DNA from: the human T2T-CHM13v2.0 reference genome, Homo sapiens
Assembly (NCBI RefSeq): GCF_009914755.1
Contig: NC_060929.1
Reading direction: 5' to 3' (one strand)
DNA length: 64,000 nt
Below the pieces are notes generated by a model that saw only the letters and a program-made list of their open reading frames with translations, did no database searches and had not been told where the DNA came from. The stretch's first letter is position 1. Each line of letters begins with the position of its first letter. Positions 62,001 to 64,000 of the stretch are shown here, one piece after another. Both the position numbers and the translations under genes were made by a program.

Positions 62001-63880
62001 CAATATCCTGAAGAGTGTTTTCCAACTTGGTTCCATTCTCCCTGTCACTTTCATGTATACCAATCAAATGTAGGTGTGGTCTTTTCACATAGTCCCATAT
62101 TTCTTGCAGGCTTTGTTCATTCCTTTTCATTCTTTTTTCTCTAATCTTGCCTTCATGCTTCATTTCATTAAGTTGATCTTCAATCTCTGATATCCTTTCT
62201 TCAGCTTGGTTGATTCAGCTATTGATACTTGTGTATGCTTCACGAAGTTCTTGTGCTGTTTTTCAGCTCCGTCAGGTCATTTATGTTCTTCTCTAAACTG
62301 GTTATTCTACTTAGCAATTCATCTAACTTTTTTCAAGATTCTTATCTTCCTTGCATTGGGTTAGAACATGCTCCTTTAGCTTGGAGGAATTTGTTATTAC
62401 CCACCTTGTGAAGCCTACTTCTGTCAATTTGTTAAACTTATTCTCCGTCCAGTTTCGTTCCCTTGCTGGAGAGGAGTTGTGATCCTTTGGAGGAGAAGAG
62501 GCATTCTGGTTTTTGGAATTTTCAGCCTTTTTGTACTGATTTTTCCTTATCTTTGTGGATTTATCTACCTTTGGTCTTTGATTTATCTACCTTTGGATGG
62601 GGTTTCTGAGTGGACATCCTTTTTGATGTTGATGCTATTCCTTCCTGTTTGTTAGTTTTCCTTTTACGGTCAGGCCCCTCTGCTTCAGGTCTGCTGGAGT
62701 TTGCTGGAGGTTCACTCCAGACCCTGTTTGCCTGGGTATTACCAGTGTTGGCTGCAGAACAGCAAAAATTGCTGCATATTCCTTCCTCTGTAAGCTTTGT
62801 CCCAGAGGGGCACCCACCAGGTACCAGCTGGAGCAATCCTGTATGAGGTGTCTGTCAACCCCTGCTGGGAGGTGTCTCCCAGTCAGAAGGCACGGGGTTC
62901 AGGGACCCACTTGAGGAGGCAGTCTGTCCCTCAGCAGAGCTCAAACGCCATGTGGGGCTGCTCTCTTCAAAGCCAGCAGGCAGGGATGTTTAAGTCTTCT
63001 GAAGCTGCTCCACAGCCTCCCCTTTCCTCAGGTGCTCTGTCCCAGGGAGATGGGGGTTTTATCTATAAGCCCCTGACTGGGGCTGCTGACTTTTTTTAAG
63101 AGATATGCTGCCCAGAGAAGAGGAATCTAAAGAGGCAGTCTGGCTATAGCTGCTTTGCTGAGCTGTGGTGGGCTCTGCCCAGTTCAAACTTCCTAGCAGC
63201 TTTGTTTATACTATGAGGGGAAAACCACCTACTCAAGCCTCAGTAATGGCAAACGCCCTTCCCCCCACCAAGCTCAAGCATGCTAGGTCAACTTCAGACT
63301 GCTGTTCTGGCAGCGAGAATTTCAAGCCAGTGGATCTTGGCTTGCTGGGCTCTGTGGGGGTGCAATCCGCTGAGCTAGACCACTTGGGCCCTGGCGTCAG
63401 CCCCCTTTCCAGGGGAGTGAACGTTTCTGTCTCACTGGTGTTCCAGGTGCCACTTGGGTCTGAAAGAAGAACTTCAGCTGGCTTGGTGTCTGCCCAAACG
63501 GCTGCCCAGTTTTGTACTTGAAACCCAGTGCCCTGGTGGCATAGTCAGCTGAAGGAATCTCCTGGCCTGTGGGTTGTGAAGACTATGGGAAAAGCATAGT
63601 ATCTGGGCTGGAGTACACTGTTCCTCACGGCACAGTCCCTGACAGCTTCCCTTGGGTAAGGGAGGGAGTTCCTTGACCCCTTGTGTTTCCCAGGTGAGGC
63701 GATGCCCCACCCTTCTTCCGCTTGCCCTCCATGGGCTGCACACAGTGTATAACCAGTCTCAATGTGATGAGCTGGGTACCTCAGTTGGAAATGCAGAAAT
63801 CACGCACCTTCTGCATTGATCTCGCTGGGAGCTGCAGACCGGAACTGTTCCTATTCAGCCATCTTGCCAGCCACTCCCCC
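56015..63880 (-). mobile_element. Full-length L1PA (about PA7-8), disrupted, hosting a younger L1
   Basis: Poly-T at 56015, ORF2 fragments 56232-61293, ORF1 fragments 61594-62163, and a 5' UTR ending CTATTCAGCCATCTTG (about 63866). Confidence 0.95.
59396..60822 (-). mobile_element. 5'-truncated younger L1PA (about PA4-5) nested in the ORF2 endonuclease region of the host L1
   Basis: TSD G[T/C]TGAGGAGTGTTTT at 59381-59395 and 60823-60837. It has its own 3' UTR and ORF2 C-terminus (59629..60474). Confidence 0.95.
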
Positions 63881-64000
63881 CAGTTTTCATAAACTATTCT
63901 TGTAGGCCCAATTATCATCCCTGTCCATCTTGTAAGTGTTATATCTTCCTCATCTTCTAGATCCCAGCTAACTGTGCCATCTGCTACTTCTTTCTGGCCT

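Overview
This is primate genomic DNA, most likely human or another great ape, judging from AluY, LTR12C and L1PA2/3-like elements. It is not microbial. Roughly three quarters of the window is interspersed repeat. The L1 content is several minus-strand elements of different ages, including two full-length L1PA copies, a 5'-inverted (twin-primed) young L1 and nested L1-in-L1 insertions. There is also a complete but decayed HERV9/LTR12 provirus (35766-45467, minus strand), solo LTRs (LTR12C, LTR9-like, MLT2, MST), Alus, L2/MIR relics and the DNA transposons MER33 and MER44. Nearly all ORFs in the track are fragments of these elements. The strong minus-strand bias of L1s and ERVs, together with candidate + strand terminal exons at 53055 and 54931, suggests the last intron(s) of a + strand gene that I could not name. 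I found no evidence for a new biological system. The most interesting leads are an unassigned decayed coding-like relic at about 5.0-7.3 kb, shared non-consensus substitutions among neighbouring L1s, several template-switch (hairpin) scars, and unequal CCAAT arrays in the two proviral LTRs. Subfamily names come from recalled consensus sequences, not a database search, and boundaries without a target-site duplication (TSD) are approximate.
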